Part shown: positions 39,929 through 53,820 of the stretch, one piece after another
How positions within the stretch are numbered: position 1 is the first letter of the stretch
Layout: each line of letters opens with the position of its first letter
From: Nitrospinales bacterium
GTDB lineage: Bacteria > Nitrospinota > Nitrospinia > Nitrospinales > VA-1
Assembly (NCBI GenBank): GCA_965262115.1
Contig: OZ253496.1
Location: forward strand, 1 to 64,000
Length of the DNA: 64,000 bases
Direction of reading: 5' to 3'
The notes under the pieces: model-generated
The model's input: the letters and a program-made list of their open reading frames with translations, nothing else
What the model was told of the DNA's origin: nothing
Database searches by the model: none
Position numbers and translations under genes: made by a program

Positions 39929-40157
39929 GATCTCGCGGACCCGCCCCTTTCGTGAATCCAAACGGTCTGAAGACTTACCCATACAATTTGTGTTTCTCTA
40001 GTAGAATTTCACTAGAGTCAATCAGATTTTCTTAGTCACATGATGGCAAGAAAAGCCATGTAAAAGCTCAAGCAGTCGTTCGTGCAAAGCCAGTGAGCTA
40101 GCCATAATGTTTCATGAAGCCTTGGCCATTGCTAAAGGGTCGGGCAACGTGAGACTT
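39929..40157. mobile_element. Short MITE with (AG)TCTCGCG...CG(C/T)GAGACT-type termini
   Basis: Imperfect terminal inverted repeats gatctcgcggacccgcccctt / aaagggtcgggcaacgtgagact. Confidence 0.5.
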
Positions 40158-40427
40158 GGTTACCGAGTGGAATACCAGTTTGTGTATTAGTCAATTGAGG
40201 ACAAACAATAGAAGATTTGTAAAACCAGGAGGGACAGGGAAAGGCATAAACCGGGGCAATTCTGGCAAAGCAAATATTCCTATTCATGCTGAATGTTATT
40301 GGCTTACATGTTCTAGTCCCATCCTCATATGCACAACACTGATTGTGTAAAGTTATAACAAAAAAATTCAGATTTGTCCAATTGTAGGAATTTACTAATT
40401 AATTATATAGTAGCTAATTACACGTAC

Positions 40428-40722
40428 CTGGTGCATCTGTAGTTTCTGGTGTGACTGCGCAGCCTCCTGAGCCTATTAGACCACCAGATCCTGACTGTTC
40501 GGGGTTAGGGGTAACACCAGAACCTCCCAGCCCAGGATAAGTTGTACTATCAGCTGATCTTTTCTGTCTCATTTCTTTTGGACTGGAAAATATTTCATTG
40601 ACTAAATCATAGTCTGGCATAATGGCATCGGAAGGAGCATAGCTGCGAGTTGCTAGCAATGTTGTTATGTTGAGCAATAGCTGCAGCAGTGTAATCAGGT
40701 TCCACATATTGCAAGTCTTCAT
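40428..40722 (-). CDS. Gene A, first coding exon: signal peptide, furin-type site and G/S/P/T-rich linker
   Basis: ATG at 40722. Hydrophobic stretch NLITLLQLLLNITTLLA, then RQKR|SA. Ends at donor CAG|GTACGT (phase 1). An acceptor-like tcctgcag just upstream suggests a 5'UTR intron. Confidence 0.8.
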
Positions 40723-40779
40723 TGATAAACTAAGGCATGCACCTGCAGGATAATAATGCGGGATTTTAATCGTGCACCA

Positions 40780-40875
40780 ACGTGCATATCCGCTTTATAG
40801 AGGGGTCGGACATACCGCTGGACAAAAGACGATATACGCATGCGCAATGTTATCGTTCTCTGCAGCTCGAGGCTA
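40780..40875 (-). promoter_or_regulatory. CpG-enriched putative promoter or 5' region of gene A, with an NRF1-like site
   Basis: TGCGCATGCGT (minus strand, 40836-40846) about 115 bp upstream of the ATG. Local CpG enrichment in a CpG-poor window. Confidence 0.4.
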
Positions 40876-42309
40876 TCAGGGAAAGGTGTGATTAGCACAT
40901 TAATAAACCCTACTAAGCATGTTGGTAACATAGAATCTTCATCCCATGTCCTTTCTATGCGTCTAGAAGTGCTTAGCTATATTCATCACGACAAAATGGG
41001 CAGTTTTGATATTTGATCCAATGGCCAAAAAAAAAAAAAAAAATCGCTTTTTTTATTTTATTGATACGAGCTTTATCACGTGTGTAATGCAGTGACATTA
41101 ATTGGAAAATTGGTATAAGGAGTGAATTGCTAATTAACACTCAAACCACCTAAACCCACCCTATTAGGGTGTAGGAAGCAACTTTACCCCACCCACAATT
41201 TGTGACCACACTCAAGGGGGAACCTTTGTGTTGCCAAAGGGCTTCTTATGAAGGATGTCAGTAGTTTGCGAGTGATTCAGAGGTTGCTCTACAGCTGGAG
41301 TTGACTCCGGATGAGATAATGTGTAACCATCGTGCATCTGGATCGGTCATCTGCGATCTATTACTGGCACAATCGAGCCAGTCATACGCATGCATGTGAT
41401 AAAATAAAAAAATAATAATAAAACATTGAATAGCCATGGCCGTTGTGGCTCCCACGGCAACAAAAAAAAAAGGAAGGATTAACTTGTCAAAAAGAAATAT
41501 TTATTAAAATAACGAACACCAAATACGCCGGGGTTTTTTTAAAGCCTAATATTGGTCTATGAATAAGTAAAGTGGTTGACAGGAAAATTCTTGTCATACA
41601 CATTTCTTTCTTGACATATATATTTCTTTCTTGACAAGTCAACCCAAAACATATTTTTTGTTTTTAAATAAACATCCATTTTGTGTCGTTTATATATATT
41701 TGGGATGACTCCACAACCAACTAAGAGAAAGAAGCTATTCTTTTCTCTATTATTAAAGTATACACACATCCTAACATGGATCACAGGTAGTCATATAAGA
41801 GTGCACATTTTGCTGTTGTCACAAGATAGATTCTGACAAAACCAACTGATTACTTTTTTCTAATAGCAAAAACATGCAGCTGCTTTCTGACTCATCTTAG
41901 CTATATTAAATAGTGCACATATTTATTGTATTGACGGTCTTTCAGGTGCTATACTGAATCAAGAAACAGATCAGTTTCTGCAATGCACTGGACAATTTGA
42001 AATCTTCTGGAAGTAAAATTATAATGAATGGACCTGTAGTACGCAAGTTTAAGTGTGGTGTAAAAATAGATAGTAACATGGTAACATAAATATAAGATCC
42101 TAGAGGACGAATTTCATGATTTTTAACTTTTTTTCCTTTTGGGTTCACTAGTTGTGCGATGGATTTTAAGTACACAGGAAGTATTTTTGGAATTAAAATA
42201 TATAATATATAGACGTTTAGGATACTAAGAAGCAGCCACTTAGGCAGTTCTCAATTTCTAGCACCATCACATTTCTACCTTTTTAACGAACAAGCAAATA
42301 CAGGAACTC

Positions 42310-42368
<59 letters not shown>

Positions 42369-43249
42369 CTATAATTATAAGTACAAGTCAGGCTTGTAAC
42401 ATCATAATATGTTTATATTCAGGTAAGAGGAGTGGGGAGGTATGGATGAACAGCAAAAGATGGAAGGTATCTAAACTATTTAATGGCATCTTCAGCCATA
42501 TAAATAAAAGAGCAATAGGAACAAGATGCTTAAGCTCACTTTGCTGTTTGCATCACTGACTAAAGAATGGTAAGGCCCTGAGCTACTGGACCGATCCTTT
42601 CCATAGTACACCAGTGACTGCTGGAGCAATCCTTTAACTTTAATGGTGCACCAACACTGAGCTTCACACTAAGCTAAAACATGTTATAAAGAAGAGATAA
42701 CAGTGTGTATGCACACATCTTGGTCCATAGGCATGGTTTGTATTTTTGTCCAATGTCTGGTCAGGTCCATGTTTCAAACCCCCCTCCCCCCTTCCCCCCT
42801 TCCCCCCCACATTTCATGCGTGAAGGTTGGGGTGGTTGTAGTCATCACTTACATGAATGATTGTTATCTAGAATTTTTTTAAGAAGGGAGGATAATGGAA
42901 GAAGAAGGAAAGGGTGCAGCATAATACACATACAATGCATTTTCCACATACTGTGCAGTACTATTTTGGAAAACTGTGCAAGGTTGTTACCAAGGACTTA
43001 CGATAAAACAAATTAAAAAGGGAGGAAGGTTGGTGCACCCACTCCAACCAAGGCATTCCATGTCTCCAGAAAAAGTTGGGGTTTTAAAAGATAAAACTTT
43101 TATTGTACAGTGCAATAATTAATATTCTTTGAATATTAATTATTTTATGAATTATTTTCAATAATCTTCAAGCTAGTACTATGAATAGAATTATTTTCAA
43201 TAATCTTCAAGCTTATACTATGTTGACCTAATATAATTCTTAGCTTCCA

Positions 43250-43740
43250 TCTGCTTCTCTAACTCTTCCAAAAAGTATATAGGATTTCTTTCTAGAATGA
43301 TATGTGATATGATATCCAAAAACTTGTAGCAAGGCAAGGTATTCACCTAGGGCAGTTGTTAGAGTGTTACAGATGCCCATCTCACCAAGACTGGCCGGAA
43401 GTGCTATGAAGTCCATTTCTTCATCACATGGAGCCTCTCTTTCACTCAACATAGGTATCAGTTTTGACCTGATGGATACTTCTAGGGGGGAAGGGGGGTC
43501 TTATATAGATTTAGGTGTTTGGGATAATTCTGGAAAGGTGAGATCAATTATTTGAAAAAGAAAGTGTGTAAGTGTGCTGCGTAGGCAGCATGTGGTTGAG
43601 ATTGGGAAATGGAAAAGAAGGTATTGAGTCTGGAGTTCCATTTCCAATGTACAGAATTCATCATCTCAATCACAAACCTATCAATGAAGGAATCCAGTCC
43701 TAGAACTATATTAGCTGAGTGTGGCCATTTTGTAGTCACC
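43250..43740 (-). pseudogene. Decayed non-LTR retrotransposon fragment (CRE-like, region C-terminal to RT)
   Basis: Translated motifs SQSQPHAAYAA and FIALPASLGEMGI resemble the QPHAAYAA and LPARLGGLGI motifs of CRE-type elements. Broken by stops and frameshifts. Confidence 0.65.
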
Positions 43741-43939
43741 TGGTCTGTGCAGGAATATTCCTGCACAGTCATTGTTGTCACCTTGTCCTGTGTTCACCCT
43801 GGTCTGTGCAGGAATATGCCTGCTGAGCCAGAACTCTTTGATCTATGTGCATGCTCATGCATGAGCTATCTGGTTGGGTATTTAAAGCCTGATTTGCAAG
43901 AGTTAGAATCTTTCACAGTGAGTGTCAGAGAGAGTTAGC

Positions 43940-46087
43940 TATGGCATCTCTAGAATCCAGTACTTCAAGTTACAAGAAGAAGATTCTTCGGATATGGATT
44001 CTGACTCTGATAATGAGATTTCACAAATTGACATTGACAGTCAAATCTCTACATCTATCTGGTCTTCTAAGTCAGCAAAAAAAAGTGATCGTGTTCTATC
44101 ACAGACAGTATGCAAAGACTTTCCCATGGACCACAACTTCGAGAAAGAGATCTTCTTTTTCCTTCTGTAAAGTGCTCTCATGATATAAACCTTGGAAGAG
44201 GTGGAACTAGAGATCTCAGGAGACATCAGGAAATGAAATTACACAAACACTCAGAAAAAGATGGTGTGGGTGTACTGCCTCTACACTCCTACTTTGGGCC
44301 AATAAGAGAGGAGTCTCTAATCCGTGCAGAAGTACTTTTCGCATATTTTTGGGGGGAGCACCATCTTGCCTTTCAATTGGGAGATCATTGTACCAAACTA
44401 TTCAAGTTGATGTTTCCTGATTCTTCTATTGCAAAAGACTTTAAGTGCAGTCGTACTAAAGCAACAGCTCTGTTGAAAGTTATTGCCAAGGATTGTTGGA
44501 AAACCATTTCTGCAGCAGTTACAGAGACTAAATACTTCAGCTTCCAAACTGATGAGACAACTGATATTACCGTTACAAAACAACTGCTATTGTGCTTCGA
44601 TTCTTCGATAACACCCGAGGACAGGTGAGATGTGTCTTATTTACCCTAGAGAGTGTAGAGAGGGCAACTGCAGAGCTGCTATTTAACGCAATCGATTAGC
44701 ATTTTCAAGAATCCACTACCCTCCTCTATGATAATCTTGTCAGATTAGGTACAGATGGGGCCAATGTAATGTTGGGAGCATGAAATTCAGTGATGTCACA
44801 GTTACGATACAAGCATCCAGCTTTAGTTTCTCTTTATTGTCATTGTCGCATAGCAATACTAATAGCAAATGAGGCCTGCAAAGTCTTGCCTGATGAATTG
44901 GAAGATCTGACAACTGATATATAGTATTGTTTCCAGAAGAGCTCAAGGAGGCTGCGATAGTTTTAACAATTTCAGAGTTTTGTGGAATGCAAGCCACACA
45001 AGTTGTTAAAAGCATGCCAAACACGATGGCTCAGCCTTGAAGCTTGCGTAAATTGTCTTATCGAGCAATATGAAGTCTTGCCCTCATACTTTCGAAGTAC
45101 TGAGGATAAGCAGGCAGTAGTGAGGAGAGTAAAAATTGTACTTGAAAAGCTTCTGACCAAAGCTTACTTGCTCTTTCTATGTTCTGCATTACCAAATGTT
45201 AATAATTTCAACAGGAATGCAGCCGCAATCTCCAATTCTTCATGTTCTCTACCAAGAGCTCAATGGCTTAATATGAAAATTTCTGTTGCGGTTCATGAAT
45301 TCTGAGTATGTGTGTGCTGCTGAACATGTTTCACAAGTGTGTATTGATAACTCAGAAGAGTATCTCCCTTTACACGATGTTTTCGTAGGTCACAACACAC
45401 TATCATACCTTGAAGAAGAGGATGGATTATCATCTGAAGATGTGAGAAAATTTAGGGAGACTATCCAAGCTTGGTGCATTGCTGCAGCCAAGGGAGCTGT
45501 CAAATGATTACCTATGAGTCACATGTTACTCTCCACTTCAACCAGGCTTACAACAATAAGTATGGCTGGTTAGGTGCTTGCTGCAGCAGAGTTTGTTCCT
45601 CAGGAAGTTCAAGTTAGTGACAAACACAGCCTTCAAGAGGAATTTATGGATTTTTGCAAGTCGCCATTACCTCCTAAAGTCACGGCTATGACAAAGGTGG
45701 ATAAGTTGGCATGCAATCAGCCAAATCAAAGACTGCTTGGAAACTGAGTATTGTACTCCACATTAACAAAACTCGGAAAAGCCTTTCTAGTTATACCCCA
45801 TGGCAATGCTGATACCAAACATTTATTCAGCCATATTGGTCTCAGCAAAACGAAGCACAGAAACAGACTAGGAATTTCTACATTAAATCAGTGCATTCCT
45901 CAAAAATGTGAATTTAACTGAACACTGAACTATTAAAGACATGTGTATTCATGTGTATTTGCTATGAACACACTGTTTTTTCTCATGAAATTGTTGTTTG
46001 TATTTTGTTTGTATTTTTTATTGCCAAAAAAATTGGATAACACAAACGAGTAATTTGGAAATTACCAAAAAAAATATGGCAACACTG
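43940..46087 (+). mobile_element. hAT-superfamily DNA transposon with a pseudogenised transposase; right TIR retained
   Basis: Motifs LRRHQEMKLH (BED-like), EHHLAF..GDH...FPDS..AK.FKCSRTKA, FSFQTDETTD, GTDGANVMLG, KACQTRWLSL and IPHGNADT..LFS. Many stops. Ends with tatggcaacactg (TIR CAGTGTTGCCATA). No left TIR was seen. Confidence 0.9.
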
Positions 46088-46924
46088 TATCTGTGTTGTC
46101 GTACGTTCCTAACCTGGCAGTGGACGGAAGATTTTACGGACTTGAAAACCTGCCATAGATCACTAGATTCGTCGTATGAAGGAAACAGGCAGATTCGAAG
46201 CCCAAATGAAAGAAACGTGGATCTACACGCGGCCTGCTTGGCTAATTGCTATTCAGACTGAACTACTCAATTTATTAACACACTGGCATTGGATGTGATA
46301 CAGTTCTTGATAGCAAGAACTATTTTCAATCTTGCTAAGGTAAACACAGTTCCTTGCATGTGCAGCCGCTCTCTCTTGAGTAGACGGCTGGATAGTTTGG
46401 CATATATAAAAAGCATAACTGATGCATATAATCAATAGTTGTGTTAATGATGTACAGCTAGGGAACAAAACAAAGTAACATTTGAAACAGGAGAAAAAAT
46501 GTTTTTAAAAGCAGACATTTACCTTCTGCATGCTACCAAAAATTGATAAAAGGGTTATCTTGTAGAAGATAGATACAAAAGGAAATGGAGTCATTTATTT
46601 TAAGAAGAAGGGTGGAACCATCTTAAAGCTAATATTCTATATATCCTACAAATTTGAAACTTGGTGGATATCCGAAAAACTTTAGCTTTAATGTCAAAAT
46701 GGGTGTGTGGCTTCCAATAATGTGTGTGACCAAGAAAAGTTGTGTTCCCAAGGAAAGTTGTGTTTCCAGCATTCGGGAGAAAGGGCAAGAGAGGGAAGAA
46801 AATAGGATGGAAACTAGGATGAGAGGAATGATGAGGAAGAGATGGTGGAGGGAAAAAATGAGAGCTGGAGCATGTGAAGGTTGAAGAAGAGAGACATGAT
46901 TCAAACTTTTGTCTCTGAATTCGA

Positions 46925-47150
46925 ATTCAGTAGAGCCGGTAATACTGCTTTGTCAGTATACCACACAGCAAACAGAGATAACTTTCTTGGACATCTGCTA
47001 TTTGTACTGATGGAAGGTAGAGGATATTTTTAGACCCATCTTGACAAACTTTCTCTCTTGCATCCACATATATATATACCTGAAACCAATCTCATCTGGT
47101 TGAACTGTACACATGAAGGCTTATATTTCCAATGACAGAAACATCTTCTG
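46925..47150 (-). pseudogene. Ig-like domain pseudo-exon
   Basis: Across two frameshifts it reads NISL-CTVQPDEIGFRYIYMWMQERK-QDGSKNILYLPSVQIADVQESYLC, which has the C...W...L-x-L-x-x-V-x-x-x-D-x-x-x-Y-x-C Ig pattern. Confidence 0.55.
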
Positions 47151-47399
47151 TAGTACTCACAGACACAACAGTACACATATCACATAACCACCACACAAGT
47201 AGTATACTTGGATATACATAGACTATATATATATAGAGAGAGAGAGAGACTATATATATATTATTCGTGATTTTGAGATGTGTCCAGTAGCGCCTTATGA
47301 CTTTTCAATGCTTCTACACATATTAAAATCAATTCTTACATACCACAGAAGTCACACACCAATTTTAGTGTTTTGTTATCGATGCATGACTGGTTATAG

Positions 47400-47594
47400 C
47401 AGTTTTAAACTTGGGGTGCAAGATTTTTTTGAGTGACCTTGATGTTGGAGTATGTATCTTCTAAGAAAATGTGCCTATAGAGACATTCAACATATCATTT
47501 GAAAGTACAAAGAATATGTAACAATATGTTACTGAAATTACCGGCACAGGAGAAAGGCTTTGTTCCAACTTTTGGGGGTTTTGACATTACACCC
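47400..47594. mobile_element. Isolated right arm of the TTAA fold-back MITE family
   Basis: gagtgacctt...tatcttctaagaaaatgtgcctatagagac...catatcattt, ending in accc|TTAA. Confidence 0.6.
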
Positions 47595-47629
47595 TTAAAG
47601 ATAATATAACAAGATTCAAGTGGCCATAT

Positions 47630-47990
47630 GCAGTACCTGATGTATCCTAGTTGAAACATCAGAAACTTTGCCAGCCATAACAGAAGCTTCGACCACAAAT
47701 ATTGGCAATATCATGATAATAGTCTCTCTGAAACTCCAAAATAGCAACAGCAATTGGTTTTGCATCAGTTTCATAAATCCAAGAAATTTTATCTGTACTA
47801 TAAGTTCACTATTGCTGTCATCTAAAATTGGACACACATTGACATTTGCCCATGTGTAGCTACATCAGTGCACTCATCTGCTAAAACTGTGAACCAAGTG
47901 GAATAGATCTGATATGATTCACACAGGAAAGAGCAAAGGGCTCTCTGATAAGAAATTGTGTGAAGGTTGTGCTGGTGAAATTATTGCTTG
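47630..47990 (-). pseudogene. Second hAT transposase fragment (ZMYM1/PRKRIR-like type)
   Basis: WFTVLADECTDVATHGQMSMCVQF, KFLGF and ASVMAGKVSDVSTRI motifs, frameshifted. Confidence 0.8.
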
Positions 47991-49349
47991 CTTAAGAATC
48001 CAGCCTGGATGTGACTTCAGATTGAATCAGAAGAACTAAGGCCCTGACACAAAGAATTTTGATGTGTGCATTCATTAATTTGAACAACTACCAAAAATGA
48101 GTAGAGTCTGGTTAATGCTATTGAACAAAGTATGATACTCTGCTATGTTATCATGGTAAGTGCCAAGAAGCAAACTCACACAAAGGAATATTTCAACACC
48201 ACCATTAAACATGTAGTCCACAATTAATAAATCATTATATATACTAGTGTGTACTATGTTTATTGTGGCAGTTGTGGTTGGCATTGAATATAAAGGGACT
48301 AGCTTATTCCGAGTCTGGAGAGAAACACATTGATAGTGACCTCACTATTGAACAGCTCTCTGGAGTCTAAAAAAGAAAAAAACCAAAATATTCTTCCTCT
48401 TATTGCTAAAAATTACGTAATAAAAATTATGTCATCACTATATTCCGTATAACAAATATTTCGCTCTAACGAACAACTTCTGGTCCTAAAGTGTTAGCTA
48501 TACTGTGGTTCTACTGTGTATATTTATTATTAAAGCAATGATCTATATAGCTACTCCATTAAGATAACTAATCTCTATGTAAGCTGCTGCTATAGAAAGC
48601 TAGAGTATACTTATATTTAGTAATTGTACTAGCTGGATCATTGTCATTATGATGACGATTGTAAAGATACTGTACCTGTTTCACTAGTTACAAATGAGAG
48701 CTGGGCAGCTTTACAAGGAGAGCTAGCTTGCTCTGGGAGCTGATTATATTGTTTATTGATATGTTCCAAATATTCTGTGACTTTCACTATTACTCGGATT
48801 TAATTCACAAATTACAAGCTATTGAAATTATATCTAGCATTAACAGTAGCTGTGTGGCTAGGAAATACTGCTTCTATTCTAGGAGGTGGGCTAGATGGAC
48901 TGTGTATTGTATTATTGGTTCTTTACTCCATTTGATTTATAGTTCATCCATTGTATTTCAAACTTTGTGCCTATAACTTTTTCAAGAATAAATATTTTAA
49001 ACATCAAATGCAATAAGCTGTAGCTGGCATAAGAATCAACTCCAGTGTGGTAAGCAAACAAAAGGTATGTACCCATAGTGCTATAGATATAATGAGATTT
49101 GATGCCTCATGTCACCTGTGGAAATCAAACTCTCCTACTCTTGCACATCCTAAACCTTTGCCCCACGGCTCTGAACCAAAAACTGCCCTGAACCAAAAAA
49201 GACTTCTGGAGCTTGGAAACAGTTGACTTGCTAATGTGATCGACTGCAAGGAGAAAGTGAAAAGAAGAGACCAGCTAACTCTTGTAGATCCACAACTGGA
49301 ATTCTCCTCTCCCTAAATTTGCCGTGAATTTGTAAAGCTCTAACAAAAC

Positions 49350-51090
49350 TTACCTGCTAGCTAAGGTGGTGTGTGGATAGCCATACTACAAATTGTCGTG
49401 GACAGAAGGGCTGAATTACCTCATGCAACTTTCGGACCATTTACTGACTCCTCTACCATTAACTGGGATGCCATCGATGCAGAATTCTCGGCAAATCTGT
49501 CACCAGTTCATCAATATTTTGCTTCAGATGAAATTTTAACCTCAGAAGCCGCAGATATCTTCTCAGCCCTATTTAAAATCACTCAGAGCAATAGGAAGTA
49601 TTACCTACTCCTGGTACCTCTCACTCTACCTCTAAAGTCCTCCATCGCACCAGGAGGATAGAAAGATTAGTCCAGAATCAAAGAGAGTTGAAAAACTCCT
49701 CCCAAAGGAACATAAAACAAATTCCTGGGGAATTTCATCAGTACGTCTACAAGGCTCTGAAGTCTCTAAATCATAGTGCCTCATCCAAAAGTCTATGGAA
49801 ACATGAAAAGGCCTTCAAATCTAATCCCTGGACATACTCCAGAGCTCCTCATCAGTATCTCCCACCTGCACTGCAAAAGAGATTCATTTATATTTCACAA
49901 ACATCTCGAAAGCATCCCATCAGTATCATTTATTACCTCAGTGGATAAATGAGGTCTGGTGTGCTCTAGATCAAGAGGAATGACCTTTTTTGACATATCT
50001 CCAATAACACCGAGTTTAGTCAAGAGAGTTCTGAAGAAGATATCCTCTAACTCCTCCCACGGAGAAGATGGAATATCCTACATTACTTGAAAAAAAGTCC
50101 CCTGCTCAACATTTTCTTACACCTCTGTTCCTAAAGATTCTTCTGAAGTGGCAATATGCACCATCCATTTGTAGTGAAGCCAAGATTAAACTTCTTTTCT
50201 AAGGGGGTGACCCCAAACAACCGAGTAACTTTCGCCCTATCGCGCTGACAATCATTAGAACCTTGCCATCAAATTAGAAAGATTTCTGTACACAAACGAT
50301 CTAATCGATCCCTATGCTCAGCAATGACCTTCATCGACCTAAATAATGCTTTCAGATCGGTGTCTCATAACTATATTGACGATATCGAACACATCTCGCT
50401 TCCGGTCGAGTTTCATTCGTATATTTCGAGCCTATACTGGGAACTTGTCGGTTTCATTGAGAACAAAGAATGGAAGACAGACCCTTTTCCAATTAGCTGG
50501 TGGTGGAGGAGGGGTCTTCAAGGTGACACTTTGTCACCCCTTATCTTCCAGGTGGCCTTTAACCCCATCATCAAATGCATTCAATGTTCACCATTTATAC
50601 TCCCCCCCCCCCACCAAATCAGGGTGTCTCCCAGAAAGGAATTCCTTTATGTATACCTTTTGGAATGAGCCTCAATCAGAAGAGCCTCCTAGATGGTACT
50701 TGGCCAAGGTCACTTACATCTCGGACAATGGCAATGCAGTCATTCACTACAAAAGAGGCTCTCTTGAGGAAGCAGTCAACTTGCTCAATGCCTCATGGGT
50801 TCAAGCAAAGGGTAATGGGAAGTGGTTCTTTCCAATTTCATCAACCTCTCCAGTTGTGGGAGCCTCCACCCCAAAAATCCCAAAAGTGAAGTCCACATTG
50901 TGTGAACGCTTTGCCGATGACCTCACCATCATTTATCAACATGAACATGCTTCAGTCCTTGGCACACTCTCCAAAAAGTGTTCTGACATAGATTTAGAGA
51001 TTCGTCCTGACAAATGTCAGTAGTATACAATGGATCCAAGGTCAAGAAGACTTGTTCTTTTCCCATTGGGGAGGGCCACACATCCCATGT
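49350..51090 (+). pseudogene. Decayed non-LTR retrotransposon reverse transcriptase (probably a restriction-like-endonuclease clade) with an internal Tudor-like insertion
   Basis: Motifs FKSNPW, ITPSLVKRVLKK..SSHGEDGI.Y, GDPKQPSNFRPIALT, FIDLNNAFRSVSH, QGDTLSPLIF, FADDLTII and LEIRPDKC. Several frameshifts. Confidence 0.9.
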
Positions 51091-53140
51091 TAATAACCTA
51101 AGTAATCCCTGTATATCCCAAATCTTAGCCGCTCTAGTTCTATGATATGGTCGGCCATAGAAAATGACATTTACACATACATACCCCACAATATATAATT
51201 AGAAGATGTTTAGAGTCATTAGCACATAAGCTAACTTTACGGTATTAGGTACTTTCCAGTGACAACATAATAATTATAATACAAGTACTATTCAATATTT
51301 ATCATAGAGTGTGTTAATACTATCTATATTATTATTTTGACCCATATTCCAAAATGGGGCCCTAGCTAAATCCCACTTTGATAAACACTAAGAAGTCTAA
51401 CACATAGTTTTGGCAGTTTTAGTTCCGAAAAACTTCCAGTGCCTCACTATGATAGCCGACCTATTTTTATGCCCAATATATATACAATTTATATTCAAGG
51501 ATTTATTACCAGGTAAGCCGGTAATTAGTCTTCTTCTATCTTTGTAATCTAAAATCTACATCTTTCTTTCTTACAAATAACTAACCATAATATGGTAATT
51601 TTCATTCCACACAACCCTACATTTTCATAGCACTATTCCCCACTTTTCTTCATCCATCTGTCTCTCTCCCCTTTATCTTCCAGTCCCTAAGCTCCCATGA
51701 TATCCATTGAATATAACTACCCCTCCTCTTTAACAACAGGAGGTGGTGGATCGCCTTTCAGCTGTTTACCTCTATCCTGCTCCACTACGATCACTGTAAG
51801 GTTGGACCCAGTACCCTTGTCAGTTAGATTTTGGGTGGCAGAAATCTACGAATCCCTCTGACCACATAGTGGATTTGCCGTCCAATACATTCACTAAAAG
51901 GGATATATATGGCTCCATGGTAACCAATATGCTGTCAGCCAGTGCCTCAGTATCTGAAAACCACACCTTTTTATGTCAAGTCATTTTGGACTTATCTCCA
52001 TCTACTCAAAATTTCAAGATGAATGGCTCACTGACTCTCATTGCATATGGTGAGTGATGGTTTGATGTGAATTCTGCAGTACCATATGTATATATTTATG
52101 TATCCTTGCTTGATTATAATTTAAAAACAAACAACTATACTGGATTGAAAGGAAAAAAGGAAGCAAGATCCTAGACCACTAACAGTTAAAAACCCTTTAC
52201 CATTAAAAATCATATACACATTATTGTAAGCAGGATACTATCCATATCTGTACATGACATATCTTGTTACTATTGTTAACTTCACCCATATAATACAATC
52301 GGTATTTTGGTACAGCCTCCTTTATGGAATTGGAAACAGTTGCGCAGCAGAACACCACCAAATAGCATATGTTTTGGTAAAGGATCACCTACATCCTTGA
52401 TTAGACTTGGTAACAGTTTACCAGGAACAAGAACTCCTCAAACCAAACAGCAGAACCAAGTCCAAGTGCGGGACTTCATTCCACTTTTAAAGGTGTGATC
52501 TACCCAATTCCAATTATAGAAAAAAAAAACAGGTGAGCCAACTTGATTGCATTATCAGCAAACATTGCTTCCTATTCCTCTTTTCTGCAATCAAGAAACA
52601 GAGTATTGCTGCAATTCACTGGAGCATTTGGAGTCTTCTGGAAATAATGCTTTTTTAAATAAATGTTCACATGTATGCAAGTTGTGAGTGGAGAAAAAAA
52701 CATAGATCCATGAAGATGACCTTTTTCAATTTTTTTGTACAGCTGGTTTTATGCCTTAGCGAAGGATTCAAGACATACTTTGAGTCTTTGGGGGCAGCTA
52801 AGAAGCTGCAATGTAAGTTTTAGCTATTTAGGTGTTTTTTTTGCAGTATACCATTTAAAAAAATGATCAATTCAATAATTATTAAGAATACAAGCGTACT
52901 CCATGAAGTGTAAGGTAATGTGTATTTGGTGAGGAGTGGGGGGTAATTTATCTCATTGTGACTTGTAATTACTCTACCTGGTGAACCCTAGTAAGACAAA
53001 GCCAAGTAAGATGATAAACATATGGCTAGCTGCTCTCCATGACCAAGCATGCTGTATTATAAGCATAACAAATGACTCTTGCTCGGTTCTACTGTTTGGT
53101 ATGTGGAGTTCTCACTCCTCGGTAACAGTTACCAAGTTCA

Positions 53141-53820
53141 AACTCATATATTGGTAGCTCAAGTTTTTAAGACTTATATATTGGAAGCTGAGGTTTTTAC
53201 GACTCATATATTGGTAGCTCAGGTTTTTAAGACTTATATATTGGCAGCTCAAGTTTTTACGACTCATATATTGGCAACTCAGGTTTTTAAGACTCATATT
53301 GGCAGCTCATGTTTTACGACTCATATTGGCAGCACAGGTTTTTTACGACTCATATATTGGCAGCTCAGGTTTTTATGACTCATATTGGCAGCTCAGGTTT
53401 TTAAGACTCATATATTGGCAGCTCAGGTTTTTTTTTATGAATCATATTGGCAGCTCAGGTTTTTACGACTCAGATATTGGCAGCTCAGATTTTTAAGACC
53501 CATATATTGGCAGCTCAGGTTTTTACAACTTGTATATTGGCAGCTTAGGTTTTTACGACTCATATATTGGCAGCTCAGGTTTTTAAGACTCATATATTAG
53601 CAGATCAGGTTTTTACAACTCATATATTGGCAGCTCAGGTTTTTAAGACCATATATTGGCAGCTCAGATTTTTACAACTCATATATTGGCAGCTCAGGTT
53701 TTTAAGGCTCATATATTGGCAGCTCAGGTTTTTAACACTCATATATTGACAGTTCAGGTTTTCAAGATTCATATTGGCCGCTCAGGTTTTTACAACTCAT
53801 ATATTGGCAGCTCAGGTTTT
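53141..53820. repeat. About 30-bp minisatellite (gactcatatattggcagctcaggtttttac), about 23 copies
   Basis: Directly visible. Confidence 0.95.
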
